Shown here in pieces: positions 1-10,978 of a stretch of DNA of 64,000 nt (the stretch's first letter is position 1; every line of letters starts with the position of its first letter). The position numbers were made by a program, and so were the translations under genes. Origin of the DNA: Octopus vulgaris (taxonomy: Eukaryota); contig OX597816.1 of assembly GCA_951406725.2 (NCBI GenBank), positions 12,772,001-12,836,000 of the forward strand. The letters run 5' to 3'. The notes under the pieces are model-generated. The model saw only the letters and a list, made by a program, of their open reading frames with translations. It did not search any database and had not been told where the DNA came from.

Positions 1-139
1 AGGTTCAAGGAGAGAGAGAGAGACAAAGAGAGGAAGACAGAGCTAGAGGCAAAGAGAGAGACAGAAAGTGAGACGTAGACACAGAGAGCGAGATTTGGGA
101 GAGCTGAAAAAGAAGGAACAGTGGAGCGTAATGTTAAAC

Positions 140-320
140 TGTAGAAATTATATGGGTCCCTACAAAGGGTCTCTGGAGTAACGCTGTTCGACAAAGTGCA
201 TAGCTCGGAGATTAGAGAGTCTCACCTCGTCGAGCTGCTGTCTTCGCATCTAAACTTTACAACACCAGTACTACAGGCATGTAATGAGAATGTGACAGGA
301 AAGCATCGCAAGATAGCCAC
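140..320 (+). mobile_element. Degenerate RTE-clade LINE fragment (post-RT C-terminal region)
   Basis: Broken frames read SGVTLFDKVHSSEIRESHLVELL...QYYRHVMRM*QESIAR, matching the RTE motif GVTLxDxVRNSEIR...LRWFGHVxRM. Confidence 0.7.
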
Positions 321-1150
321 AAGCGTGGTCGTGTTGTAAGACGTTGGCTTAAGGCGGCGAGCTGGCAGAACCGTTAGTACGCTGGGCGAAATGCGTCGCC
401 GTATTTCGTCTGCCGTTACGTTCTGAGTTCAAATTCCGCCGAGGTCGACTTTGCCGGTCATTCTTTCAGGTTCGATTAAATAAGTACCAGTTACGCACTG
501 GGGTCGATATAATCGACTTAATCCGTTTCTCTGACCTTGTTTGTCCCCTCTGTGTGTAACCCCTTGTGGGTAGTAAAGAAATAGGTATTTTTTCTGTCGC
601 TACGTTCTGAGTTCAAATTCCGCCGAGGTCGACTTTGCCTTTCATCCTTTCGGGGTCGATTAAATAAGTACCAGTTACGCACTGGGATCGATGTAATCGA
701 CTAAATCCCTTTGTCTGTCCTTGTTTGTCCTCTCTGTGTGGGCAATAACGAAATAAGATGACTGCTTACCAACCACATGGTTCTGGATTCAGTACCACTG
801 CGTGGCACCTTGGGCAAGTGTCTTCCATCAAAGCCACGGGCCGACCGAAGCCTTGTGAGTGGATTTGTTAGACAGAAACTGAAAGACGCCTGTCATATAT
901 ATGTATGTGTATGTATGTGTGTGTGTGCCATTGTGTTTAAGTTTGTGCCCTCCACCATCACTGGTTGACAACCGTTGTTGGGGTATTTACGTCCCTGTAA
1001 CATAGAAGTTACCGGTACGTAATGGAGTTTGACAGAATAAGTAAGTACCAAACTTAGAAAAATGTACTGGGGTCGATTAATACGATTAAAATTTCTTGAA
1101 GGTGGTGCCCCAGCATGGCCGCAGTCTAACGCATGACAGAAGTAAATGAT
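321..1150 (+). mobile_element. SINE family B (~410 bp, internal CA/TA microsatellite) interrupted by a SINE-A dimer at 351-757
   Basis: The head at 321-350 resumes at 758 (gcttaccaaccacatggttctggattcagtaccactgcgtggcaccttgggcaag) and ends with ggtggtgccccagcatggccgcagtc. The same sequence occurs at 25577-25985 and 53641-54083. Confidence 0.8.
351..757 (+). mobile_element. SINE family A dimer (tRNA-like head, Meta-domain-like core)
   Basis: A-box-like gagctggcagaa and B-box gttcaaatt; core gtcgactttgcctttcatcctttcggggtcgat..aagtaccag; body repeated twice with a junction at ~584. Confidence 0.88.
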
Positions 1151-1988
1151 TAATGAAACGGTACACGATAGATTCTTCAAGCAAAGCCAACTGGCAGGAG
1201 ACCAGAATCTGATCCTTGGATAATATCCGCAGTCGCAGTTGGTTGCGCTTGGCAATTCAGCCGTAAAATGTAATAACGGTTCCTTCTGCCAAGATCTTAT
1301 GGAGGAGGTACCCGAAGATTCTGCTACTGTGACCTTTCCAGGAACAATGGCAGAGAAAATGAATGGATGGAAGAAAGGAAAGAACAAAGGAGGAAACTTA
1401 ATAAGAGAAAGAATAAAATAATTGAATTTTAACTCCTTTGTCAAAACTATCGTTTCAAAATGGCTTTCACCTTTAGAAGCAGCATTGCAAGAAATTTATT
1501 CTCAGAAGAAGTGATTCTTTCAATAAAATTAATGAGTATTGCTTTGTTTAGTAATGCGAATGATTCTACAAAAATGGTTCTGCTAAATACGGAATTAGAA
1601 TTCTTACAATCACTGGATTTGGATTTGAAAAATTTCGCTCATTTCAAACATTTCCTTTTAGTTACCCGATGTGCGGATGAATGTGTGTGTGTGTGTGTAT
1701 GTGTGTGCGTGTTTGTGTGTAAATACACTTGTATCTATTAATGAAGGATTGACAATCCAGGAAAAATGCTTCGCAAAGTTTCTCTTAATGTAAGTACACC
1801 AGGTTAACAAGATGGGAATGATTTCCGCCCCACCCGTTATTTTCTCCCATATTTATTTATTTTTGTAACTTTTCTTTTGCCAAATGTGCCCGTTTTCGGA
1901 TACGGAGGTTCCGGAAAATTGCCAAAAATCGGCATTGTGAAATTTTCCCCCACCTTCCCCCAACTTCAATTTTGACTTTTTTCCCAAA

Positions 1989-2110
1989 CACTAACCCTAA
2001 ACCTTAAAACCCTAATCCTAACCCTAACCCTAAAACATTAACCCTAACCCTCACCCTGATCCTAAAGCCCTAATCCTAACCCTAAAACCCTAACCGTAAC
2101 CGTAACTCTA
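1989..2110 (+). repeat. Degenerate interstitial telomere-like (CCCTAA)n tract
   Basis: ctaaccctaaaccttaaaaccctaatcctaaccctaaccctaa...accgtaaccgtaactctag. Confidence 0.8.
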
Positions 2111-2859
2111 GGATAAGGTAGAAAATGCTAAAATAATTCTATCATGAAGAACATTTTAGTACCTGTTTCGGTCTTTGCGACTTTTTCAATTTAGAGTAAA
2201 GCATGAAAAAAAAAAAAAAATTAAATTGTGGAAAAATTAAATGAAATGGTTTTTTACAATATTTCCAAAGGATTTGTACTATAGCTTCTAATACAGGCAC
2301 CAGGGACACACGACTACATGAACTAAAGGATACACTCATTGCTAGAAACTATCCATATAATTTACAAACACTACATTTGCTGCTTTCAAAGGAATGCTAT
2401 TGTTGTTCAACTGCCGAGATAAAAGGCAAAGCAAGCAACATCATTCTTTGGAGGTAAATGAATTAGTTTGTGTTTAATGTGTTTAGCCAAATGTATTTAA
2501 CATCAAAAGTATTGAATACTCAAGGACAATTTAGTTTGTAACGTGTATTTTAAGTAAACTCATAAACTTGAGGAATGCTCACAGCGTATCCCAGAGGTTT
2601 TCCTCTATGTAAATCACGTAGATATTACAGCATGTAATTCACACTAATTTGTATTCGATAGGAATATGTCTTGTTGTTTGTAAAATTTATGTAGAAGGGT
2701 TATCTTTATAGAAATTGATCTGATGACTGTCTAACTTTATGCAAAAGTCTTTATATAAGATTTCTGTAGTAAACATGCATATAATATTTTTGCATTAAAA
2801 AAACCGTCTGTCTGGCAATGTTATTATTGAAAGCTAATAAACATAGAGAAAATTTATAT

Positions 2860-2926
<67 letters not shown>

Positions 2927-3819
2927 ATTTTTATGATAGTTGAGTGCAGAATAGTTTTTCCTTCTTTCAGTTTCTTTTTCTTTCCTTTTTTCTTTTTCTT
3001 TGCTACAAGACATATCCATGATATTTTGATGCGGTTCCGACTAGACAGCAGCTTGCTGATGGAGAGGAATAAAAGAAAATATTATTAAACATTCAGAGAG
3101 GAAACCATTTGGGAGGTTTGACACGTTGTAATTACGAACAAAGACTAGAAAATGTTTAAATAGAATCTCCGAGGCTGATGAATAACAAATAACTTTAATT
3201 CATCATATCTTTCAATAACATGTAAAATCAAAGACATTTTATATATTCAGCTAAAAATTCCTTTCGAGAGGTAAAAATTCCACAAATATTACTATTTGTA
3301 CTTTGTCTTAAGAAATGTTACCTATGATTTCAGAGTATTTATAGAGTTATTTCATTGATTTATTTATCGATTTTTTTTCCAGTTCCATCTTTTTTTTCTT
3401 ACATAATTTATTTGTTTAAATCATGCTTTTATGTAGTATTGCCTCATTTGTTTTGTTCTTCAGAATTTGACAATGTTACATCAAAAGATAATCGGATTAT
3501 ACATACTTAGATATAATGCTATCTCATATATCTGACTGCTTTCTGGGAAGAGAAGCATTGCAAAAGGTTATTATTTCGATTTGTCAAGAGGGTTGGCAGC
3601 CTAGATTTCTTCCAGAGAAATCAGCGTTAATCTTCAGTTGCTATCATAATTTTGTCAATGTATGAAATGAAATTTTCAAATTTTTTCATAGACTCAAAGA
3701 TGGCGGTGTGGTTAAGAAACTCACGTTGTTTTACAACCACGAGTTTTGAGGGTTTAATCCCACTTCACGGCACCTTGACCAAGTGTATTCTTCTAGAACT
3801 CTAGGTTGACCAATGCCAT

Positions 3820-4230
3820 ACCTATTTCTTTACTACCCACAAGAGGCTAAACACAGAGAGGACAAACAAGGACAGACAATCGGATTAAGTCGATTATATA
3901 GACCCCAGTGCGTAACTGGTACTTAATTTATCGACCTCGAAAGGATGAAAGACAAAGTCGACCTCGGTGGAATTTGAACTCAGAACGTAGCGGCAGACGA
4001 AATACCTATTTCTTTACTACCCACAAGGAGCTACACACAGAGAGGACAAACAAGGACAGACAAACGGATTAAGTCAATTATGTCGACCCCAGTGCGTAAC
4101 TGGTACTTATTTAATCGACCCCGAAAGGATGAAAGGCAAAGTCGACCTCGGCGGAATTTGAATTCAGAACGTAGCGGCAGACGAAATACCGCTAAGCATT
4201 TCGCCCGGCGTACTAACGTTTCTGCCAGCT
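3820..4230 (-). mobile_element. SINE-A multimer nested in a decayed SINE-B (head 3697-3820, tail ~4240-4280)
   Basis: Reverse complement of the family A head and repeated body; junction gacgaaatacctatttctttactac at ~4000. Confidence 0.85.
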
Positions 4231-4282
4231 GGAACAGATGCTAGAGTATGGCCGTAGTACAATGACTAAAACTAGTAAGGAA

Positions 4283-4945
4283 TTTTTTTTTACTCTAGGC
4301 ACAAGGCCCGAAATTTTTGGTAGGGAGTGCCAGCCTGTCGATTAGATTAACCCCGAAAGTATGTAAAGTAAAGTCGACCCCTGCGGAATTTGAACTCAGA
4401 ACGTAAAGAAGGACGATATACCCATTTCTTTACTACACATAAGGTATGAAAAGACATAGAAACTGTTTATTATTTCTCTACAATTCTTCATTTATAAACA
4501 CAGAGGGGACGAACAAGGACAGACTAAACACAGAGGGGACGAACAAGGAAAGAAAAAAGTAATAAGTCGATCACATAGACCCCAGTGCGTAGCTGGTACT
4601 TAATTTAACGACCACGAAAGGATGAAAACAAAGTTGACCACGGCGGAATTTGAACTCAGAACGTAAAACAGGCGAAATATCACTAAGCATTTCACCCGGC
4701 ATGTTAACGCTTCTTATTTCTTTATTGCCCACAAGGGGCTAAACATAGAAGGGACAAACAAGGACAGACAAAGGGATCGAGTCGATTACATCGACCCCAG
4801 TGCGTAGCTGGTACTTAATTTAACGACCACGAAAGGATGAAAACAAAATTGACCACGGCGGAATTTGAACTCAGAACGTAAAACTGGCGAAATACCACTA
4901 AGCATTTCACCCGGCATGCTAACGCTTCTGCCAGCTTGCCCCCTT
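4283..4945 (-). mobile_element. SINE-A multimer cluster with alternative 3' tail
   Basis: Three ggaatttgaactcagaacgt B-box units; tail ctctaggcacaaggcccgaaattt at 4293-4317. Confidence 0.8.
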
Positions 4946-5504
4946 CAAAAACCAGTAAATAATGCAAGATAAAAGATACTACCTGACTCAGCAATTTTTC
5001 TATAGATAGGTTCCAGTTTTTCCGAAAATATCTGACTCATCTCGTATCGTTATGCAAAAGATACATTCTTCATCTCGCCCCCACACAGACACTTCATAAT
5101 AACATAGAATAAACTGCGATGAGAATTTAGCTGTAAATTGCCAACTTGAAGAACATCAACAAATACCAAATTTCCATTCCTTTTATCAAAAGCCAGAATT
5201 GAATAAAGAAACACTTCACATTTATAAATGAAGAATTGTAAAGAAACAATAAACAGTTTCTATGTCTTTTCATACCTCCTAAATTGAAGAGGTATTTTAT
5301 TCCAGAACATGTTTCCCCTGGTAAGATGTATGGAAATGACAAAAACTTATTCATTAACGGCGAGGAATTAATTACTGTCGTATAATTTACCATTCACTGA
5401 GAAATAGTTCCAAAACCGAAATTGTCAATATTATTTTAGGAGCTGTCACTGTCAGAAGTAAACCAAAGAATATTTCCGAATTCTGCTGCAAGGGGACGTC
5501 GGTG

Positions 5505-5774
5505 TTGTAGTGGTAATTGGTGGTGGTGATGGTGGTGGAGGTGGTGGTGGTTGTGGTGGTGGTGGTGCTGAAGCTGCTGCTGCTGCTGCTGTTGCTGTTG
5601 TTGCTGGTGCCACTGCTATTGATGGAGATGATGTTGACTTTTGGTGATAATGACAATGATGCTGATGTTGATTCTGATGCTGCTGATGCGGTGGTGGTAT
5701 TGCTGGTGGCTGTGCTGTTGGTGGTGGTTATGATGATGATGACGACGACAACGACGACGACGATGATAGTAATG

Positions 5775-5806
<32 letters not shown>

Positions 5807-6265
5807 GGTGATGATGATGACAATGATGATGATGATGATGATGATACTGTGGTGGCTGCAGTGTTGTTGTTGTTGTTGGTGGTGGTGGTTATGATAATGA
5901 TGATGACGATGGTGATAGTGATAACGATGAAGATGGTGGCGGTGGTGGTGGTGGTAATGATTATAATGGTGATGATGATGGTGGTGGTGGTCGGTTGAGG
6001 TAATGGGTGGTGGTGATGGTAATTGCGTTGGCAATGATGAGGAAAACGATGAGGGTGGCGGCGGTGGTGTTAGTGGTGATTGTATTGTTGTTGATGATGA
6101 TGAGACAGAAATGATGGTGGTGGTGGTGGTGAGGACTATTGATGACGACAAATATGATTCCCAAACCATCCTCCCCCTCCTCCTAATCATCATCATCATC
6201 GTCATCATCATCATCATCATCATCATCATCGGTAACAGCAGCAAGCAACAAGAACAACAACAACG
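5505..6265. repeat. Compound trinucleotide low-complexity tract (GGT/GAT/GCT, then CAT/CAA)
   Basis: Read directly; source of the spurious poly-M/V/H/I ORFs. Confidence 0.9.
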
Positions 6266-6274
6266 TTAATTAGA

Positions 6275-6326
6275 GAGCCTGGTGAGTGGATTTGCTAGAC
6301 GGAAACTGAAAGAAGCTCGTCATACA

Positions 6327-6384
<58 letters not shown>

Positions 6385-6705
6385 TTTATGTTCTCCACCA
6401 CTACTTGACAGCCGATGCTGGTGTGTTTGCGTCCCTGTGACTTAGCGGTTCGACAACGTAGCAGGCTCGAAAAGGTAAAGTACTGGGATCGATTCATTCG
6501 ACTAAAAATTCTTGGAGGTGATGCCCCAGCATGGCCGCGGTGCCCCAGCATGACCGCAGTGCACCAGCATTGTCACGGTGTCCAGGCATAGACCCGGTGC
6601 CCCACCATGCCCTCGATGCCCCACCATGGCCGCAGGACCCAAGTATGGCCGTGGTACCGGAGCATAGCCACGATTTAATGAATGAAAAAAGTAAAAGGTA
6701 AAAGA
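6275..6705 (+). mobile_element. SINE-B 3' portion with a ~19-bp tandem expansion
   Basis: gtgagtggatttgctagacggaaactgaaagaagctcgtc; gtgccccagcatggccgcg repeated about 7 times at 6520-6670. Confidence 0.75.
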
Positions 6706-6893
6706 TAGAAGACCCCCTAGAGAAACTATTATTGAACACCCGTAAATTGTACTCCTTGGTGCATTTATTTCTCACTAAGTGTTGTATAAATATGAATACA
6801 GCATACTCTATCCTGATACCCGTTGTTTACCTGGCACACCTGGCAAGCCATTTATTGTGTGTGAGCTAGCAGACTGGAAAAAAGACTTAAACA

Positions 6894-6924
<31 letters not shown>

Positions 6925-7086
6925 CTTTATTTTAAGCAGCAGAAAATTCAACAAAATCTGTTACTCTGAGTTTCTCGTTGCCGTTCATCAGACAGTTTTT
7001 GCATTCTAGCAAAAACTGTCTGATGAACGGCAACGAGAAACTCAGAGTAACAGATTTTGTTGAATTTTCTGCTGCTTAAAATAAAG
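6925..7086. repeat. Perfect 78-bp inverted repeat (6-nt loop); Penelope-like pLTR fragment with one hammerhead per arm
   Basis: 6925-7002 is the exact reverse complement of 7009-7086; (TA)n lies on both sides. Confidence 0.9.
7016..7053 (+). ncRNA. Minimal type I hammerhead ribozyme motif (canonical core)
   Basis: CTGT-CTGATGA-A-CG(GCAA)CG-A-GAAA-CTCAGA-GTA-ACAG: stem I CTGT/ACAG, GNRA-capped stem II, stem III ACTC/GAGT, GUA cleavage triplet. Mirror copy at 6958-6995 on the minus strand. Confidence 0.75.
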
Positions 7087-7156
7087 CATATTACTCTACC
7101 ACTGGTATTTGAGTACTCTTTTTTTCCACCTTATTTCACATTTATGTGTTTACTCC

Positions 7157-7212
<56 letters not shown>

Positions 7213-7216
<4 letters not shown>

Positions 7217-7492
7217 ACCCCGGACCGGGTTGTATGTCGTGTTCTTCAGCATGACAATTTATTTCACGTTGCTCCAGTTCACTCAGCTGCTGAAATGAGT
7301 TGCAATGTCACAGGTGCCAAGCTGTATCGGTTTTTGCCTTTCCCTTGGATGACATCAGTGGTGTGGAGATGGGTGGCCGGTATGCATGGGCAACTACTGG
7401 TCTTCCATAAAACAAGCTTGCCCACACTTGTGCCTGGGAGGGTAAATTTCTAGGTGCAATCCCATGGTCAGTCATGACGGAAGGGGGTTTCA
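7213..7492 (+). mobile_element. SINE family C, 5'-truncated
   Basis: tttatttcacgttgctccagttcactcagctg...ctaggtgcaatcccatggtcagtcatgac; matches 55096-55433. Confidence 0.8.
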
Positions 7493-7516
7493 ACATATCA
7501 TTACTATTATTATTAC

Positions 7517-7567
<51 letters not shown>

Positions 7568-7610
7568 TATCATTATTGATTAATTAATCAATTAATTAAT
7601 TATTATTATT

Positions 7611-7660
<50 letters not shown>

Positions 7661-7681
7661 TAATAATAATAATGATAATAA

Positions 7682-7865
7682 TCCTTTCTACGTTAGACAC
7701 AAGGCCTGAAATTATTGAGGGAGGGAGAATGGTCAATTACGTCATCTCAGTGTCTCACTGGTATTTAATTTATGGACCTCGAGAAGATGAAAGGCAAAAA
7801 CGACCTCGGCGGAATTCGAACTCAGAAAGTAAAGGCAGGTGAAACGCCGTGAAGCATTTTGCTGA
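7682..7865 (-). mobile_element. SINE-A monomer with alternative tail
   Basis: gacacaaggcctgaaatt...gatgaaaggcaaaaacgacctcggcggaattcgaactcagaa. Confidence 0.7.
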
Positions 7866-8269
7866 TTTAAAAAGAATTATTGAGGTGCATTTCTTCGGTT
7901 TAAACCCTCTAAGGCGGTACTCCAGCATGGCCGCATCCCATTGACTGAAACAAATCTAAGATAAAGGTTAAAAGACACGATACGGAAACACATTGCTAGA
8001 TACTGATTATTTTTCTATTGCACAACAACAACAACAACAACAACAACAGCAACAACAAAAGCTGATGTCTGCTCAGACTTAACGTAAACAGATCCAATGA
8101 ATCATAGTCACTTCATTTTGTTATAACATTTTAAAGCCGCCCTCGGCACCCATAAATCATTCTATTTTGTGTTTTTTTGTTTTTTGCTTGTCAGTATTTT
8201 GCATCGGGAGAGAAAGACGGAGAGGGAGACGGACAGAAAACAGTGAGGTAGGTATGTATATAGATACAC

Positions 8270-8312
8270 AGATTGATAGATAGAGAGACAGGCGGACAGA
8301 TAGACAGACAGT

Positions 8313-8377
<65 letters not shown>

Positions 8378-8417
8378 GGATAGATAGATAGATGGATAGA
8401 TGGATAGATGGATAGAT

Positions 8418-8477
<60 letters not shown>

Positions 8478-8782
8478 TGACAGACAGGCAGATAGACAAG
8501 ACAGAGATAAATAGATAGATAAATAGATAGATAGACAGATAGATAAAAAGATATGCTTCTTTATTAGCCACACAGGGCTGAACAGAGAGGGGACAAATTA
8601 CAAAGTAGAGTTTTTCTTTTTAGGGAGAAAATATAAAGGGGGTAGGTTTTCAATCAAAAGGGATCGTAAAAAAAAACACGAAGGATAAAAAGATAGATAT
8701 ATAGACAGATAGATAGGTTAGTAGAGAGATAAATATGTCAGTAGACAGATAAATAGATTGATTGAGAGACACAAATACACAA

Positions 8783-8833
<51 letters not shown>

Positions 8834-8880
8834 TAGATAGATAGATAGGTAGATAGATAGATAAATAGATAAACAAATAA
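8270..8880. repeat. (GATA)n/(GACA)n tracts with an embedded LINE-like 3' end at 8556-8690 (minus)
   Basis: The embedded ttctttattagccacacagggctgaacagagaggggacaaa matches the SINE-A tail but continues into different sequence. Confidence 0.7.
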
Positions 8881-9409
8881 AAAATATAAACAGATTGACA
8901 AATACGCTAATGTATTTCGTGATATGTAGATGTCAGAGATAAGATTAATTGATTATTCTTGCGACATTGAGAAAAACTTTTTACAAGACTGCCAAAAGTT
9001 GCATCGCAAATGAATCACCATTGTATTATTATTAAATAAACTTACTTTAGCCGGCAATGCTAATCATTCTAGAATTACATATATTTTCAAGGATATTCAT
9101 AAGGTTACTGGTTAGCCCAGTAGTCCTTAACTTCTCATACTATGATATACGAGAATAGGAGTGAGAAGAGAATACATATCTGTCCCATTTGAAAGAATAT
9201 CAAAATTGTTGCTAGCAAGTTTTCTCAAGGACAGCTTAAGAATTTTGGAGTTCATTCCAAAATATTGCTAGCACATTTTATAATGCTACAACTGTTTACA
9301 GTGACGTAGAAAAGTGCTGCTGTGAGCTATAAGTTGGGTAATATATTTACGTTAGTACTGTAACAAGTTTTTCAGTACCCTATGGGCTTTGCCATCGATC
9401 TTTTGAAAT

Positions 9410-9905
9410 ATTCTTTTCTACTCTAGGCACAAGGCCCGAAATCTTTGGGGAGTGGGGGGGGGCCAGTCGATTAAATACGTAACTGGTATTTGAGTTATCG
9501 ACGCCGAAAGTTGACCACGGTGGAATTTAAACTCAGAACGTAAAGTAGACGAAATATCTATTTCTTTACAACCCACAAGGGGTTAAACAAAGAGGGGACA
9601 AACAAGGAAAGACAAACGGATTAAGTCGATTATATCGGTCCCATTGCGTAACTGGTACTTATTTAATCGACCCCGAAGGGGTGAAAGGCAAAGTTGACCT
9701 CGGCAGAATTTGAACTCAGAACGTAGCGGCAGACGAAATACCTACCTTTACTACCCACAAGGGGCTAAACAGAGAGAGAAAAAGCAAGAACAGACAAACG
9801 GAAAAGCAAAGTTGATCTCGGCAGAATTTGAACTCAGAACGTAGCAGTGAACGAAATACGGCTACACATTCGCCCGGCGTCCTAACGTTTCTGCCAGCTC
9901 GCCAC
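9410..9905 (-). mobile_element. SINE-A trimer
   Basis: Three B-box units; head ctgccagctcgcc at ~9900; tttgaaatatt on both flanks (possible TSD). Confidence 0.82.
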
Positions 9906-10061
9906 TTTGATCATTTGAAATATTGAACGAATGACATTGCACTTGTGGCATTTCTGATGTAGACGTTCTTGAACTCACAAAGAAATAACCATTCTGCAGC
10001 TAACATAGAAGAGACTTGATCTGTGAGTCCTTATAGAAAGAATATAAGGGAATTCATGAGT

Positions 10062-10285
10062 GAAGACGCGTAGCCTAGTGGTTAAGGTATTCGGCTCATA
10101 ATCATAAGGTCATCAGTTCAAGCGATGTCTCCTTGAGCAAGACACTTTATTTCACATTGCTATATTCCAATCAACAGGCAAAAATGAGTAGTACATGTAT
10201 TTCAAAGTTACATTCTGTCACTCTGAATCATTCCGGTACGTATATCTGTGAAGTGCTCAACCACTTACACGAACAGGCTGTTCTA
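10062..10285 (+). mobile_element. Decayed chimeric SINE (C-type head, D-type tail)
   Basis: gacgcgtagcctagtggttaagg...ttgagcaagacactttatttcac...gtgctcaaccacttacacg. Confidence 0.65.
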
Positions 10286-10286
10286 T

Positions 10287-10978
10287 AGACAGAGAGACAT
10301 GTAGACAGAGGGAAACAAAGGCTGCTGGCGAAACAGTTACAGGTAAATAAAGTAAAAAGCGGGAATGAGTAAGGAGAGAGAGTGACAGGTAGACAGAGGG
10401 ACACAAAGGCTGCAGGCGAGACAGTTACAGGTAAAGAGAGAGAGACAGGTAGACAGAGGGACACAAAAGTTGCTGGCGAGACAGTTACAGGTAAAGTGAA
10501 ATAGACAGGTAGACAGAGGGACACAAAGGCTGCTGGTGAGACAGTTACGGGTAAAGAGAGAGAGACAGGTAGACAGAGGGATACAAAGGCTGCTGGCGAG
10601 ACAGTTACAGGTAAATAAAGTAAAAAGCGGGAATAAGTGAAGAGAGAGAGAGAGACAGGTAGACAGAGGGACACAAAAGTTGCTGGCGAGACAGTTACAG
10701 GTAAAGAGAGAGAGAGAGAGAGAGAGACAGGTAGACAGAGGGACACAAAGGCTGCTGGCGAGAGAGTTACAGGTAAATAAAGTAAAAAGCGGGAATGGGT
10801 AAAGAGAGAGAGAGGCAGTTAGACAGAGGGACACAAAGGCTGCTGGCGAGACAGTTACAGGTAAAGAGAGAGAGACAGGTACACAGAGGGACAGGTAAAG
10901 AGAGACAGGTAGACAGAGGGACACAAAGGCTGCTGGCGAGATATTTACAGGTAAATAAAGTAAAAAGCGGGTATGAGT
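10287..10978 (+). repeat. Minisatellite, about 11 copies of a ~60-bp unit (some with a ~20-bp insert)
   Basis: Unit agacaggtagacagagggacacaaaggctgctggcgagacagttacaggtaaagagag; longer units carry taaagtaaaaagcgggaatgagt. Confidence 0.92.

Noticed and set aside
893-1444. 183-aa minus-strand ORF
   Set aside because: About half lies in an antisense SINE-B; the rest has no recognisable homology or splice signals.
5387-6269. Long ORFs (up to 285 aa) with poly-M/H/I/T/S tracts
   Set aside because: Translations of trinucleotide repeats that are open in several frames on both strands; no domain content.
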